From Candidatus Poribacteria bacterium (GTDB lineage Bacteria > Poribacteria > WGA-4E > PCPOR2b), in assembly GCA_965215015.1 (NCBI GenBank), contig OZ244042.1, positions 3,040,001 through 3,104,000 of the forward strand: 64,000 nt of DNA. The letters run 5' to 3'. Made by a program: the position numbers and the translations under genes. Positions 1 to 10,600 of this stretch are shown here, piece by piece. Position 1 is the stretch's first letter. Each line of letters opens with the position of its first letter. The notes beneath the pieces are model-generated. The model had not been told where the DNA came from, searched no databases, and worked only from the letters and a program-made list of their open reading frames with translations.

Positions 1-858
1 GCACGTGCTTTCGCAATGGGAGGCGCGTTTACAGCGATTGGGGATGAATCAGATGGGCTGCTGGTTAATCCCGCATCAATTGCGAACTTAAAACATCAAC
101 CGGAATCGCACCAATCCGCCCAACAGTTATCAGCGACAACCGCAAGACTCCATGTCGGCTTGAGCGATGAAATATCAATTACGCAAAACCTGATCAGCTA
201 TGCCTATTCCCAACCAACGCGAGGTGCTTTGGGATTTCTCTGGAAGCGATTAAATGCCGGGGGGTTGTATTCGGAGAATTACCTCCTCATTGGAGTGAGC
301 AAAAGTTACGACTTAGGAACCAAAGAAAAACGCCGTCTCTCACTTGGGGGTGCAGTCAAGTTGCTAAATTGGGACACAGCACCTACAATTAGGGCAGATG
401 GTTTAGTCGTGGAAGACTTACCGGGGCAGAGTCGGTTCGCTCTCGATGTTGGCATGATCTTTCGTCCATCCCCCAATATTCCAATAGCCCTATCCTTCCA
501 GAACCTCAACACACCTAATATCGCTTCCACGAACTCACTTGTGACGGAGAATTTGCCGCTACAGGTGATGCTCGGCATTGGTATTGTTGCCGAGAACTCC
601 ACATGGGGCATGGATCTCGTTTTCAAAGAGAGCGAGGTTGATGTCAAGGTCGGCATTGAGTCTCATTTTTACAAGGACAGCTTAGCCCTACGCGGCGGAT
701 TCCGACTAGAAAATCTGGCATGGGGAACAAACTTGACACTCGGTGGTGGGTATCGTCCATTCAAAAGCCTCCGTATCGACTACGGTTTCCTTTTCCCTAT
801 CGGCGGAATCAGGGATACATCGGGTAGCCATCGGTTTAGCATCGTTTGGGACTTCTGA
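1..858 (+). CDS. PorV/PorQ-like outer-membrane beta-barrel protein (5'-truncated by window)
   Basis: Frame open from base 1 (ARAFAMGGAFTAIGD...NPASIA, typical PorV/FadL-like N-terminus); alternating beta-strands; ends HRFSIVWDF with terminal Phe. Confidence 0.65.
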   Translation, partial: ARAFAMGGAFTAIGDESDGLLVNPASIANLKHQPESHQSAQQLSATTARLHVGLSDEISITQNLISYAYSQPTRGALGFLWKRLNAGGLYSENYLLIGVSKSYDLGTKEKRRLSLGGAVKLLNWDTAPTIRADGLVVEDLPGQSRFALDVGMIFRPSPNIPIALSFQNLNTPNIASTNSLVTENLPLQVMLGIGIVAENSTWGMDLVFKESEVDVKVGIESHFYKDSLALRGGFRLENLAWGTNLTLGGGYRPFKSLRIDYGFLFPIGGIRDTSGSHRFSIVWDF

Positions 859-1171
859 AACACTATCATTAGATCCAGAAGGTGTATGCCGGGTGCCCGA
901 GGATCGTGCAGAGTATACCCCAGAAACTGCCGATGATAAATTCACCCAGGATCAAACTGAGGAAGAAGGGTACTGCCTGTTGGGGCACTTCGTTCCTACC
1001 ATACTGCAGCGGTGCAGCTTCGATTAACCAACTGAAAAAGATTCGACATTTTCATGTCTCGTTATAAGGGGAGGCGATTCTGGTAAAGCGTCATGAATGT
1101 TGGCGCCCCTTGCCAACATTACCCTTATAATACAACCAAATCAAACGGATTGTTAAGCCCAAAAATAATCA

Positions 1172-1633
1172 TTGCGAAAAGATTTGACACATCTTTCAAA
1201 ATGTGAGAGAATAATATCTCTATGGAAAATTGACAATAAATACTATATCAACTCGAAAGGCATAGATGTGTCTGGACATCGGAGTCAGTCAGTTGTCCGT
1301 GTAGTCCATGAATTACGGGGCAATCTAAGCACTGTAATTGGATCCACATTTCATAAATGTCTGCCTCCTTACCCCAATAACTTAGACAGAATCGAGGTGT
1401 ATTCCCGCAGAATTAGACAGCTCTATTGGAATAAAAGGGATGAATTGCTCGCACAAGACGATGTTATTGGTCACGGTCATGCCGTGGGGCTCGCTATTGA
1501 TGTTGATACTGATCAGGATAATCCCTGTAGCGAGGCCACATGTATAATGAGCTATAATAGAAACCGTTTGAAAGAGAACATGCACAACGCACACCACCAC
1601 GGAGAGTATGGGGTTAGACCTCTCCAACGATAG
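1172..1633 (+). pseudogene. Degenerate metzincin-like metallopeptidase fragment
   Basis: VIGH-GHAVGLA...CIMSY resembles HExxHxxGxxH plus Met-turn, with the catalytic Glu segment and third His lost; no good start or RBS. Confidence 0.3.
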
Positions 1634-1809
1634 GCGAGTTTGACGTCCCTTGAGTAAACGCTCAATTGAGCAGATGGAGACTAACCATGCAAAAGACTAA
1701 ATTGACAGGTTTGATTGAAATAACGCAACGGAACCGGAACTTTAGTGTGTAGGAGTATACCAAGGCTTTCCACGCGGAAATCCGATCACCGTTTTTAGAG
1801 GAGAATATT

Positions 1810-2955
1810 ATGGCAAAAGACTTTGCTTTTACAGGTGGACGCCCCGACCCGTATACGTTTCCAACAGAGGGTTTGATTAAAGCCAGCGAAAAGGCACTGC
1901 GTAAGTTGGGCGGGGACCTTGTGAACTATCCCGGTGAACAGGGATATGCGGGCTTACGTGAATTGGCGTCGATGCGCTTTGAACGACGAGAAGGTGTGCC
2001 GTTAGACATTGATGATATTTCAATCACCTCTGGCTCCATGCAGGCACTTGAGCTTGTTTTAGGCACCTTCATCACGCCCGGAGATACGGTTTTAACCGAA
2101 GAGTTTACCTATAGTGGTACGCTCGGTATCATGCGACACCTCAAAGCGAATATCGTGGGTGTGCCAATGGACTACATTGATGGCATGAACATGGACGCCC
2201 TTGAGGAACAGCTGAAAGAACTGAAGACTCAGAATATTAAGCCAAGTTTCATCTATACCACTTCCAATCACCAAAATCCCACGTCGGCAATCCTTTCGCT
2301 GGAACGCCGAAAACGGATGTTGGAATTGGCGGAGGAATATGACACCCTGATTGTTGAAGACGATTGTTACGGCGACATTGACTTTGTGACGAACCCCACG
2401 CCCGATGCGCTTTACAAACTTGATTCGTCCAACCGCGTCATCTTAATTGCGACCTTCTCGAAGATTCTCGGTTGCGGGCTCCGTCAGGGATATTTCGTTG
2501 CCAAATCACCATATAAGGAGATGATTCATGCGAATCGGTGGGATGGCGGCTGTAGCGCATTGGCGAGTGCAATCGTGGCAGAGTTCTTCAAAGAACATCT
2601 CGATGAACACCTCGCTAAGACAAACGCTGCAGTAGGTGCGAAATGTCGTGCCGTGGTTGGCACACTCCGGGAAGAGGTCAGCGACATTTGCACGTGGACT
2701 GAGCCGCGCGGTGGGCTTTTTCTCTGGATCGATTTGCCGGAAACGACAGATATGGGCAAGGTCGCAGAGATTGCTGGTCAACACAACGTAGGTTACAGCA
2801 ACGGTAGTGCATTCCATTATCGAGGCGATCCCGTCAAGAGTATCCGCTTGGCTTACGCTTACACCCATCTTGATTACATAGCCGAAGGCATCGGCTACCT
2901 CTGTGATGCGATTCGCAAGGCGCAAGTTGAATCGGTTGACATTGCAGCAGATTAA
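1810..2955 (+). CDS. PLP-dependent aminotransferase class I/II (LysN/MocR catalytic-domain type, no HTH)
   Basis: ITSGSMQAL, HQNPT, VEDDCY, TFSKILGCGLRQG motifs; GAGGAG RBS. Confidence 0.9.
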   Translation: MAKDFAFTGGRPDPYTFPTEGLIKASEKALRKLGGDLVNYPGEQGYAGLRELASMRFERREGVPLDIDDISITSGSMQALELVLGTFITPGDTVLTEEFTYSGTLGIMRHLKANIVGVPMDYIDGMNMDALEEQLKELKTQNIKPSFIYTTSNHQNPTSAILSLERRKRMLELAEEYDTLIVEDDCYGDIDFVTNPTPDALYKLDSSNRVILIATFSKILGCGLRQGYFVAKSPYKEMIHANRWDGGCSALASAIVAEFFKEHLDEHLAKTNAAVGAKCRAVVGTLREEVSDICTWTEPRGGLFLWIDLPETTDMGKVAEIAGQHNVGYSNGSAFHYRGDPVKSIRLAYAYTHLDYIAEGIGYLCDAIRKAQVESVDIAAD

Positions 2956-3056
2956 CTTCTCTGATTTTCGGGATTTCCCTGAAAACTCTTGGATCTGGGT
3001 TGAAAGCCAGTCAACGCTGTGTCCGTTGGCTGGCACTTCCCTCGGAAGACAGAGGA

Positions 3057-4022
3057 ATGAGTAACATTGATGAACTGGTTACACAGTTACAAGATCCGAA
3101 CCCAGAGGGCCGCAGCAGTGCAGTTGAAGCGTTAGCAAAATCCGGCGATTCGAGAGCAGTTGCGCTGTTGATAACGACACTACAGGATGAGTCTGAATTG
3201 ATTCGGGGGCTTGCGCTTCAAGGGTTAAAAGACATCGGTCCGCCTGCTGTGCCCCTTTTGATAGTTACACTGAAAAATCCAGATCGACAAGTTCGCAGGA
3301 AAGCCTCCTGTGTGATTGATAATATTGGCTATAAATTGAAGGATATAGGGGATTTTCGAGCAGTCGAATCCCTAATAGATGCACTCAACGATCCGGCGAG
3401 CGTGGTTCGCGGTCATTCTGTCGCAGCATTAGGGAAGATTGGGGGACCACAAGCCCTTCCGGCAGTGATGGCCGCGCTGAAAGCCGAAGCGGTGAGAAGC
3501 GCGTTGGACATTGGGGTGTGCTATCGCGCCATCGAAGCGACCCACAGACTTGGTGGACGAGCAGCCGAATGCCTGATCCCTGCGTTGAAACATCCAGATA
3601 AAGCTATCCGCAGGAAAGCCGCTACGTTACTCGGTAAAACTGGAGAAACAGGAGCTGTTGAACTGCTCATCGGTGCCCTCAAGGACAAACACCCGCGCGT
3701 CCGTAGCAGGGCGGCACATGCGTTGGGGCGAATTGGGGACTCAAGGGCTATCGAGCCTTTAACTGTTGCAATCCAAGATACGGCCCCTAATGTCCGCATT
3801 AATGCCCTTCATGCGTTGGGAAAATTTGGCCAATCGGCAGCAGCAGCCTTAACGCCAGCACTCGCAGATCCGGCGGCATCTGTCCGAAGACACGCCATTG
3901 CTGTATTAGAAAAAACAGGCAATAAAGGGGCTATTGCCCGACTAAAAAAGAGGGCAAAAGATGAAACTGAGGACTCCGTTCGACAGGCTGCTAATCGTGT
4001 ATTGAGGGCACGAAGGAATTGA
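3057..4022 (+). CDS. HEAT-repeat (PBS lyase-like) protein
   Basis: About nine repeats of LxxALxDxxxxVRxxAAxALGxIG; ATG 3057 preceded by AGAGGA. Confidence 0.85.
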   Translation: MSNIDELVTQLQDPNPEGRSSAVEALAKSGDSRAVALLITTLQDESELIRGLALQGLKDIGPPAVPLLIVTLKNPDRQVRRKASCVIDNIGYKLKDIGDFRAVESLIDALNDPASVVRGHSVAALGKIGGPQALPAVMAALKAEAVRSALDIGVCYRAIEATHRLGGRAAECLIPALKHPDKAIRRKAATLLGKTGETGAVELLIGALKDKHPRVRSRAAHALGRIGDSRAIEPLTVAIQDTAPNVRINALHALGKFGQSAAAALTPALADPAASVRRHAIAVLEKTGNKGAIARLKKRAKDETEDSVRQAANRVLRARRN

Positions 4023-4075
4023 CATGACCGCTTGATTTATCAATTTGTTGTCCTTAACCAGAGAGAAAACAACCG

Positions 4076-5086
4076 ATGAAAGATTTTAACCAACTTCACA
4101 AGTATTCCGTCCCTATATCAATTTTACTCCTGATTGCATTTCTCTCCGCAGGTTGCGCTGCCTTAGAAGAGGCACAACGGCGAAAACAGGAAAGAACTCG
4201 GCAGCAGCAACAAGAACGTTATGTAACATTTGAACGCCCAACCACTGACATCCAAATGTTAGCAGATGGCTTGACACTTGAGAGCGAGCATTACACTTTC
4301 ACTTTTGCCGAGGACCTGTTGACACACCCAGACTACGATGAACCCGAGGAGCGTCAGAATGTGGGCAAAGGTGCACTGATATTTATGGAGAGTCTCTACA
4401 ATTACGTCCACGACATCTTCGGTTTTGAACCAGATCATCAGCTGAAGGTGAACCTTCGCCAGACCCATCACGGCTCCACACACCTTGCAACGACATCAAC
4501 TCGCACCCAAACAGTCTATCAAAACGGTGAGTGGCTAAAAATTATTAAAGGGATCGAAATGGACTTCCCGGTTGCGATGTTTAACCAGCGCGATGTCCGG
4601 GCGCACGAATTGACCCATGCATTCACAAATATCTACCTACTTCCAACATGGTTTGCAGAAGGCATTGCGGTTTTGGTTCAGGTTGAATATGCGCGGGGTA
4701 AGAGCCACCGCAGGCTGGATCTCCATGAAGATTTGGAAACCGATCTTGACGGTCGCAATGCCGTTCAATATTGGAAGGGGCATCTCAGCACAGATCAATT
4801 AACTCAATGGCGGTATAGCTACTCCTACTCAATTGTAGCGGAATTGAAAAAGCGCTTCGGTGAGGATTTTTACCCGACCCTCTTTCAGTTAATCGAAGAG
4901 GATCAACTCCATCAAAGGTTACCCGGTGAAATGGCGACTAGCTTTCTGGTTTACTATCTGAGCCAAGCTGCCGGTCAAGATCTCGTTCCGTTTTTTAAAG
5001 AACTTCAATTTGACGTTCGTCGTATAAGCAAATCGGAAATTATGTCGGCTATTATGCAGGCGAACCAGCAACAACTTGGGAGGTAA
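4076..5086 (+). CDS. Putative lipoprotein with gluzincin-type (peptidase MA-like) metallopeptidase domain
   Basis: Lipobox LSAGC; HELTH zinc motif followed by WFAEGIA. Confidence 0.7.
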   Translation: MKDFNQLHKYSVPISILLLIAFLSAGCAALEEAQRRKQERTRQQQQERYVTFERPTTDIQMLADGLTLESEHYTFTFAEDLLTHPDYDEPEERQNVGKGALIFMESLYNYVHDIFGFEPDHQLKVNLRQTHHGSTHLATTSTRTQTVYQNGEWLKIIKGIEMDFPVAMFNQRDVRAHELTHAFTNIYLLPTWFAEGIAVLVQVEYARGKSHRRLDLHEDLETDLDGRNAVQYWKGHLSTDQLTQWRYSYSYSIVAELKKRFGEDFYPTLFQLIEEDQLHQRLPGEMATSFLVYYLSQAAGQDLVPFFKELQFDVRRISKSEIMSAIMQANQQQLGR

Positions 5087-5092
5087 AGTCAG

Positions 5093-5737
5093 ATGAAACT
5101 CCAATTACCCTTTGCTTATCTCTTTTTGGCGTTTAGCTTCGTTTCATCCTATGGATGTGGTACAGGCATCATCGCCGAACAAACGTGGAGTAAAAACTAT
5201 GCCCTTATTGAAGGTGTACAAGCCAATGACCCGGCGATTGTTGATGGAGATCTCAAAACGATTGGTCAATCTCAGTATGTCGAGGCATCGTCGGATATCA
5301 TTCAAAGTCACCACGCCTCCTCCGAATCAGTGATACTTCTTCCCGCCCCCAAATCCATCCATCGCGTTGTGGTACATTCCTCCAACATGGAGGCATTTGA
5401 TATATGGGTGGCTGACAATCAAGGAAAATGGGACAGAATCAAGGAGATTAAAAGCATTAAACAGAAGGTTATTGATGTTCGCCTGAATCGAGCCGTGCAC
5501 ACCACCGGTGTTAAAATTCGGGTTCGTCGGACTTCAGATGATGCAGAGCTTCGGCAGAAGAACATCCAACGGGTCCGTGGTTGGCGGATTTATTCTGGGC
5601 ATGTTCGCGCCCCTGCAAAGATTTCTGAAATTGAACTGTACGGGTTCGCCTCCAAACCGGATATAGAAGATGCACAAAACGCACTTTCTCAGGAGGAGGC
5701 AGACGAGAAGGAGCTCGATGGGTTGTTGAAATTTTAG
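5093..5737 (+). CDS. Putative lipoprotein with discoidin/F5-8-type C-like beta-sandwich
   Basis: Lipobox-like SSYGC; AIVDGD near start and ISEIELYG at end; 6 nt downstream of previous gene. Confidence 0.55.
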   Translation: MKLQLPFAYLFLAFSFVSSYGCGTGIIAEQTWSKNYALIEGVQANDPAIVDGDLKTIGQSQYVEASSDIIQSHHASSESVILLPAPKSIHRVVVHSSNMEAFDIWVADNQGKWDRIKEIKSIKQKVIDVRLNRAVHTTGVKIRVRRTSDDAELRQKNIQRVRGWRIYSGHVRAPAKISEIELYGFASKPDIEDAQNALSQEEADEKELDGLLKF

Positions 5738-5774
5738 GCAGGGCCGATAGATATACCTCTATTGCTTGACCTCG

Positions 5775-6323
5775 TTAATAATCAGAATCAGCGAGAAGTT
5801 CTTTTATCTTTTCTTCAATCAATATCTCGCCCCCGGGGGCAAACCCTACGCTACGGTGACGAACAATTCCTTTCCTATCAATATAGTATGTGCATGGGAT
5901 ACCGCTGACCTCATATCCCTGAGATTGGGTGCTTCCATCTAAAAGCACGGTGTATGAGATTCGGGGTACTGCGAAGCGTTTTACCTTCATATAATCAGTC
6001 TCGGTGTTCATGCCGAGAATCACCAACCCCTGATCTTTATACTTCATGTGAAGTGCCTCCAGATATGGGATCTCCGCGCGACAGGGCATACACCACGTCG
6101 CCCAGAAGTTGAGTACAACAGGTTGTCCTCTGAAGTCTGATAGACTGACCTGATTTCCCTTTAGGTCTCGTAGTGTGAAGTCCGGCGCAGGCCTCTCAAT
6201 GAGCACACTTTCCGTCCCACGAGTTGTTGAATCCTGGGACGTGCAGTTAGCAAAAGAAAACATTAGCGAAAATAGGATAGAAATAGCGGGAAAAGACCTT
6301 CGGGTTTGTTTTATCCGTTTCAT
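5775..6323 (-). CDS. TlpA/ResA-family thiol-disulfide oxidoreductase
   Basis: APDFTL...LNFWATWCMPCRAEIP thioredoxin motif; signal peptide; AGGAGA RBS before ATG 6323. Confidence 0.9.
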   Translation of the reverse strand: MKRIKQTRRSFPAISILFSLMFSFANCTSQDSTTRGTESVLIERPAPDFTLRDLKGNQVSLSDFRGQPVVLNFWATWCMPCRAEIPYLEALHMKYKDQGLVILGMNTETDYMKVKRFAVPRISYTVLLDGSTQSQGYEVSGIPCTYYIDRKGIVRHRSVGFAPGGEILIEEKIKELLADSDY

Positions 6324-6475
6324 CGGTTGTTCTCCTGAATGACTCAGTTCACAGTTATACCGGTTTTGACGTGCTCCTAAAGGATTTTTGATAAAAATTA
6401 GCCCCACAAACTTGCTTTATTATACCAGTAGCCCCTAGCAATCTCAAGCCAAATCTATCCGGAAAATTTCCATCT

Positions 6476-7642
6476 ATGCGTATTCTTCACACATCAGACT
6501 GGCACATCGGGCATCGCCTTTATGAGCGGAGGCGGATTGAGGAGCACCGCCAATTCCTCGATTGGCTGCTGACCGCGCTCCAAGAAAATGCGGTTGATGT
6601 GCTACTCGTCGCAGGAGACATCTTCGATACCGCCTTGCCCTCTTCCGAAGCAATAGACCTCTACTACCAATTCCTCTTTCGTTTATACCGTGAAACACAC
6701 GCTCACGCCATCATCACCGCCGGCAATCATGATTCCCCAATGCGTTTGGCTGCGCCCCAAGAGTTTCTCCGAATGGGACGGATTCATGTCGTCGGGCTCG
6801 CCTCTGAACCCACAGAGTGCATTATTACCCTTCCCTCCGAAAATCCGAGCGTTGCTATTGCGGCAGTACCTTACCTCTCCGAAAGCGAACTTTCACACAT
6901 TTCATTTGAGACAGAGCCTGAAAGAGCAGAACGTTACCGGGAACAGTTGAAGGCATTCTATCGCCAATGTGTTGAGTGCATACCGCCGGGACTGCCCAAG
7001 ATTTTGATGGGACATCTCTTCGTTCACGGGGGACAAATGGGAGATTCGGAACGAAATATCCAAATCGGTGGGGCAACAGCTATGCACATCAGCGATTTCC
7101 CTGACGATGTGGCTTATGTCGCACTCGGACATCTGCATCGGCCACACGCCATCAGTGGGTCAAGTTATCCCGTGCAATATGCTGGTTCACCATTACCCCT
7201 GCGATTCAATGAGGCTAGTTACTCCAAGAAGGCATATCTGTTAGAGGTTCCAACAGCCGGTGATGCGTGGCTAAAAGAAATTGAGATTCCTGTTTTCAAG
7301 GAACTCCACACCGTAGCGGGGAACCTCGATGAGGTGCTCTCAGCAGCAATGTTACCGGATTGGGACGGGAAATATATTCAGGTACAACTGAAATCCGACC
7401 GTCCGGAGGTTGGCCTCAGTGATAGGATTCGGGAGGCATTTTATAAACGTGGCGGAGATGTCTTGAGCATTGAAGTTGAACTGCCGACCCAGACAGAGCG
7501 GCAAGAAACATCGATTGAGGCTATGCAGCAGCCGACGGAAATCTTTGAACAGTTTTACAAGGAAAAATTTAATGAAGCCCCTGATGAGCTGATGATGAAA
7601 ACATTTGATGAACTGTTGCAGCTCGTTGAGGAGAAAGCATGA
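6476..7642 (+). CDS. sbcD: Exonuclease SbcCD subunit D
   Basis: LHTSDWHIG, VAGDIFD, AGNHDS, ALGHLH metallophosphoesterase motifs; overlaps sbcC (ATGA). Confidence 0.95.
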   Translation: MRILHTSDWHIGHRLYERRRIEEHRQFLDWLLTALQENAVDVLLVAGDIFDTALPSSEAIDLYYQFLFRLYRETHAHAIITAGNHDSPMRLAAPQEFLRMGRIHVVGLASEPTECIITLPSENPSVAIAAVPYLSESELSHISFETEPERAERYREQLKAFYRQCVECIPPGLPKILMGHLFVHGGQMGDSERNIQIGGATAMHISDFPDDVAYVALGHLHRPHAISGSSYPVQYAGSPLPLRFNEASYSKKAYLLEVPTAGDAWLKEIEIPVFKELHTVAGNLDEVLSAAMLPDWDGKYIQVQLKSDRPEVGLSDRIREAFYKRGGDVLSIEVELPTQTERQETSIEAMQQPTEIFEQFYKEKFNEAPDELMMKTFDELLQLVEEKA

Positions 7643-10600
7643 AACTATACAAACTGAAACTCAAGAATCTGAACAGTTTCCGCGGAGAGATTGAACTCGA
7701 TTTTGAAAAAGTGCCATTGGATGAGGCAGCCCTTGTGGCAATTACTGGACCTACCGGTGCAGGAAAAACGACGTTGTTGGATGCGATTTGCGTCGCCTTA
7801 TACAGCAGAACGCCGCGCTTGACAGGAAGTGGGAGCCAAAATCCTAGCCATCTCATCAGCCACGGGGAAACCGATGGCTATGCCGAGGTGCATTTTGGGG
7901 CAAATGGCACCCGTTACCTCGCCGAGTGGCGTCTGAGACGTGGAAGTTCCCCAAAGGGGCGGTTGATTTCTACCGAGAATGGCGAGCTGATCAGCGATAG
8001 GCTATCCGCCCGAGGTAAAGTTCTGGGTGCCAGCAAAAACACGATTGGCGAAGAGATAACCGCTATCTTGGGGCTTGATTTCGATGCGTTTAAGCGGTCC
8101 GTCATGTTAGCGCAGGGAGAATTTGCAGCATTCTTGAAGGCAAAAGACGAAGAGAGGCGGAGGATTTTGGAAGCCACTGCGGGTATCAGCGTCTACGATG
8201 AACTGAAAAAAGCGTTAAACGAAAAAGTGCAATCGGTTAAGGATGAACAAGAGGAAGTCTCAAAAAAACTGAATACTATTCCAGAGGCCTCTCGTGAGCA
8301 ACTCGCCGAAGCTGAAGCTGAACTTGGCAGCTTGCAAGCGTCATCTAAGATGTTAAATATAAAAAATAAAAAAGTTCAGAGGGAAAAGGTGCAAGAAAAG
8401 AGGCGCGAAGAAGAATTTGCGGAACTCCAGGCTTTAGAAGAACGCCAGGAGGAGCTCTTGAATCAACAGCCGATGATTGAGGGGCTCAAAGCAGAGCAAG
8501 AACGCGCAGATCGTGCGAATCGCCTTCTCCCTGAAAAACAGGCGTTTGATATGGCAAAATTGGAACTCCGAAAAGCGAAGGAGGCACTTCGTCAGGCTGA
8601 AATGGAGTTTGCGGAAGCCCAAAAGCAATTTAATGAAAATCAAGCGATTTTTGACGAAACGAACGAGACTTATCAGACAGCGAAAACCGTAGGCGAGCAG
8701 AAAACCGAGGCATACAGGGAGGCAAAATCTGATGTGGCGCGTGCACAAACGCAATTTCAGCTTGTCGAAGAGCGGCGGTCGAGCTTGCAGCAACATGAGG
8801 AAAAAATTAAGACGCTTTCAAGCGAGTTAGTTGATAAACATCGGGAGCAGGCCACGTTGGAGGCAGCTATTGAAAAGGCAGAAACCTTCCTGGAAGAAAA
8901 CCCGCTTCCTTCAGACCGTCAATCGCGTCTTACCCAAGCAAAAGCACTTCTGGTGGAACTTCGCTCGCTACGGCCACAAAAAGCAGACAAATTGAATAGC
9001 CAGTCAGAGCACACCTCAGAAATAAACAGGTTAGAGGAAGAATTAAGAAAACTATCCGGGAATCGAGAAAAACTCCGTGCGGAAAAGGCGAGTGCAGCGG
9101 TTTCGCTTGCAAAGACTGACACGGAATTAAAGACATTCCAAGCAACCGGCAACCTTGAGGACTGGCAAAACCGAAGAGAGCGGGCAAGGCAGGCGTTACC
9201 AATTGTGCAGTGTTATGAGGTTTCTCAGGACCAACTATGTAACGCTGAACGCGATGCAGGAGAATTACAGGCAAGCATTACCACACTTGATAAATCACTT
9301 GATGATCTCAAAAAGAAATTAGAGGTTCAATTTTATTCGTGCAAGCGTGCGGAGGCTGAAGTCACTCGGTTGGAAGCGGAGAGGGAATTGGCCCTCTTGG
9401 CAAACCCTATCAATCAGCTTCGGCGGCAGCTTGAACCAGGGCAACCGTGTCGGGTGTGCGGGGCCACGGAGCACCCCTGCGCTGATGACGTCGAGCTTGA
9501 AAGTGAAGAACAACTAGGGATTGTACAGAACGCCTTAGATGCTGCCGAAACGGAGGCGCGGAAGGCACAAGCACAGAATAAACATCTAGAACAAGAGCAG
9601 GCGCGTCTCCAACAGAATAAAACGAACATCACGGCACAAGTTGACACATGTATAACGGCGATAGAGCACCTGACGGGCAAAATCGAATCCGCCCGGACGC
9701 AGTGGCAAGCAGTTCATCAAACTGCGGACATCTCATCCAAGTGGGTACACGAAGAAATCAGAGAAGCAGACACTACAATCAATAACCTTGGTAATGCTCA
9801 CCGCGCACACATTCAAGCACTGAATGATTTAAATTTGGTCTCTGAAAAACTCATGACCTGTGAGCGAGACATTGCACGAGAGAACAGACAGTTGGAAGAT
9901 AACCAGCAGAAGCTGCGTGTCGTAACTACTGAGATTGAAATTTTGAACATGGATATTGAGAATAGTGAAAACCGATTTTGGGAAATACTACCCGATGCTT
10001 TCCACGGAATCGATCCAGAAGATGCCGCCAATCAATTTGATGATAAAATTGAGACTGTAGCAGCCCGTGAACAAGAACGGGAGAAAAAGCAGAATGAACT
10101 TACACAATGCAACATCGTTATTGGAGAGAAAGAGAAATCTCTAGAAACAGAACGAGAAAACCATAGAAAATTAGATGCCGAAATCGAGAGCTATCAATGC
10201 GAAGGGAATGATTTTTTAGACACTGCCAGCAATAAAACTGGTGGATTGGCAACCGAAGCGGAGATTAACACCGCTCTCGAAAGGTTACACGCGAAGACTC
10301 AGGAAAAAGCGGAGCAGTGTGAAGAAGCAGATCAGAAATTACGGGAAAGCCGAGACCAACACACCGAAAAACAAGCTAATCATCGGAATCGCCAAGACCG
10401 GCAAGTGGAGTGTAGTGAAAACTTTGAAACAACGCAAGCTGCTTACTTTGATAAGTTAAACAGGGTAGGCTTTAACTCGGTACAGGCACATGATAGCGCG
10501 TTCCGAACAGACTTGGAGCGGAGACAGATTGAAAAGGAGATAGATGACTTTACTCAAGGAAAGCGCCTGCTTGAGGAAAAAATTGCCACATTGCGGACTC

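Noticed and set aside
1062-1130. Nested inverted repeats (TTATAAGGG...CCCTTATAA) as a structured RNA
   Set aside because: Single copy, short stems, no supporting context
1648-1672. HspR HAIR-like CTTGAGT...CTCAA palindrome
   Set aside because: Spacing does not match CTTGAGT-N7-ACTCAAG and the downstream gene is not a chaperone
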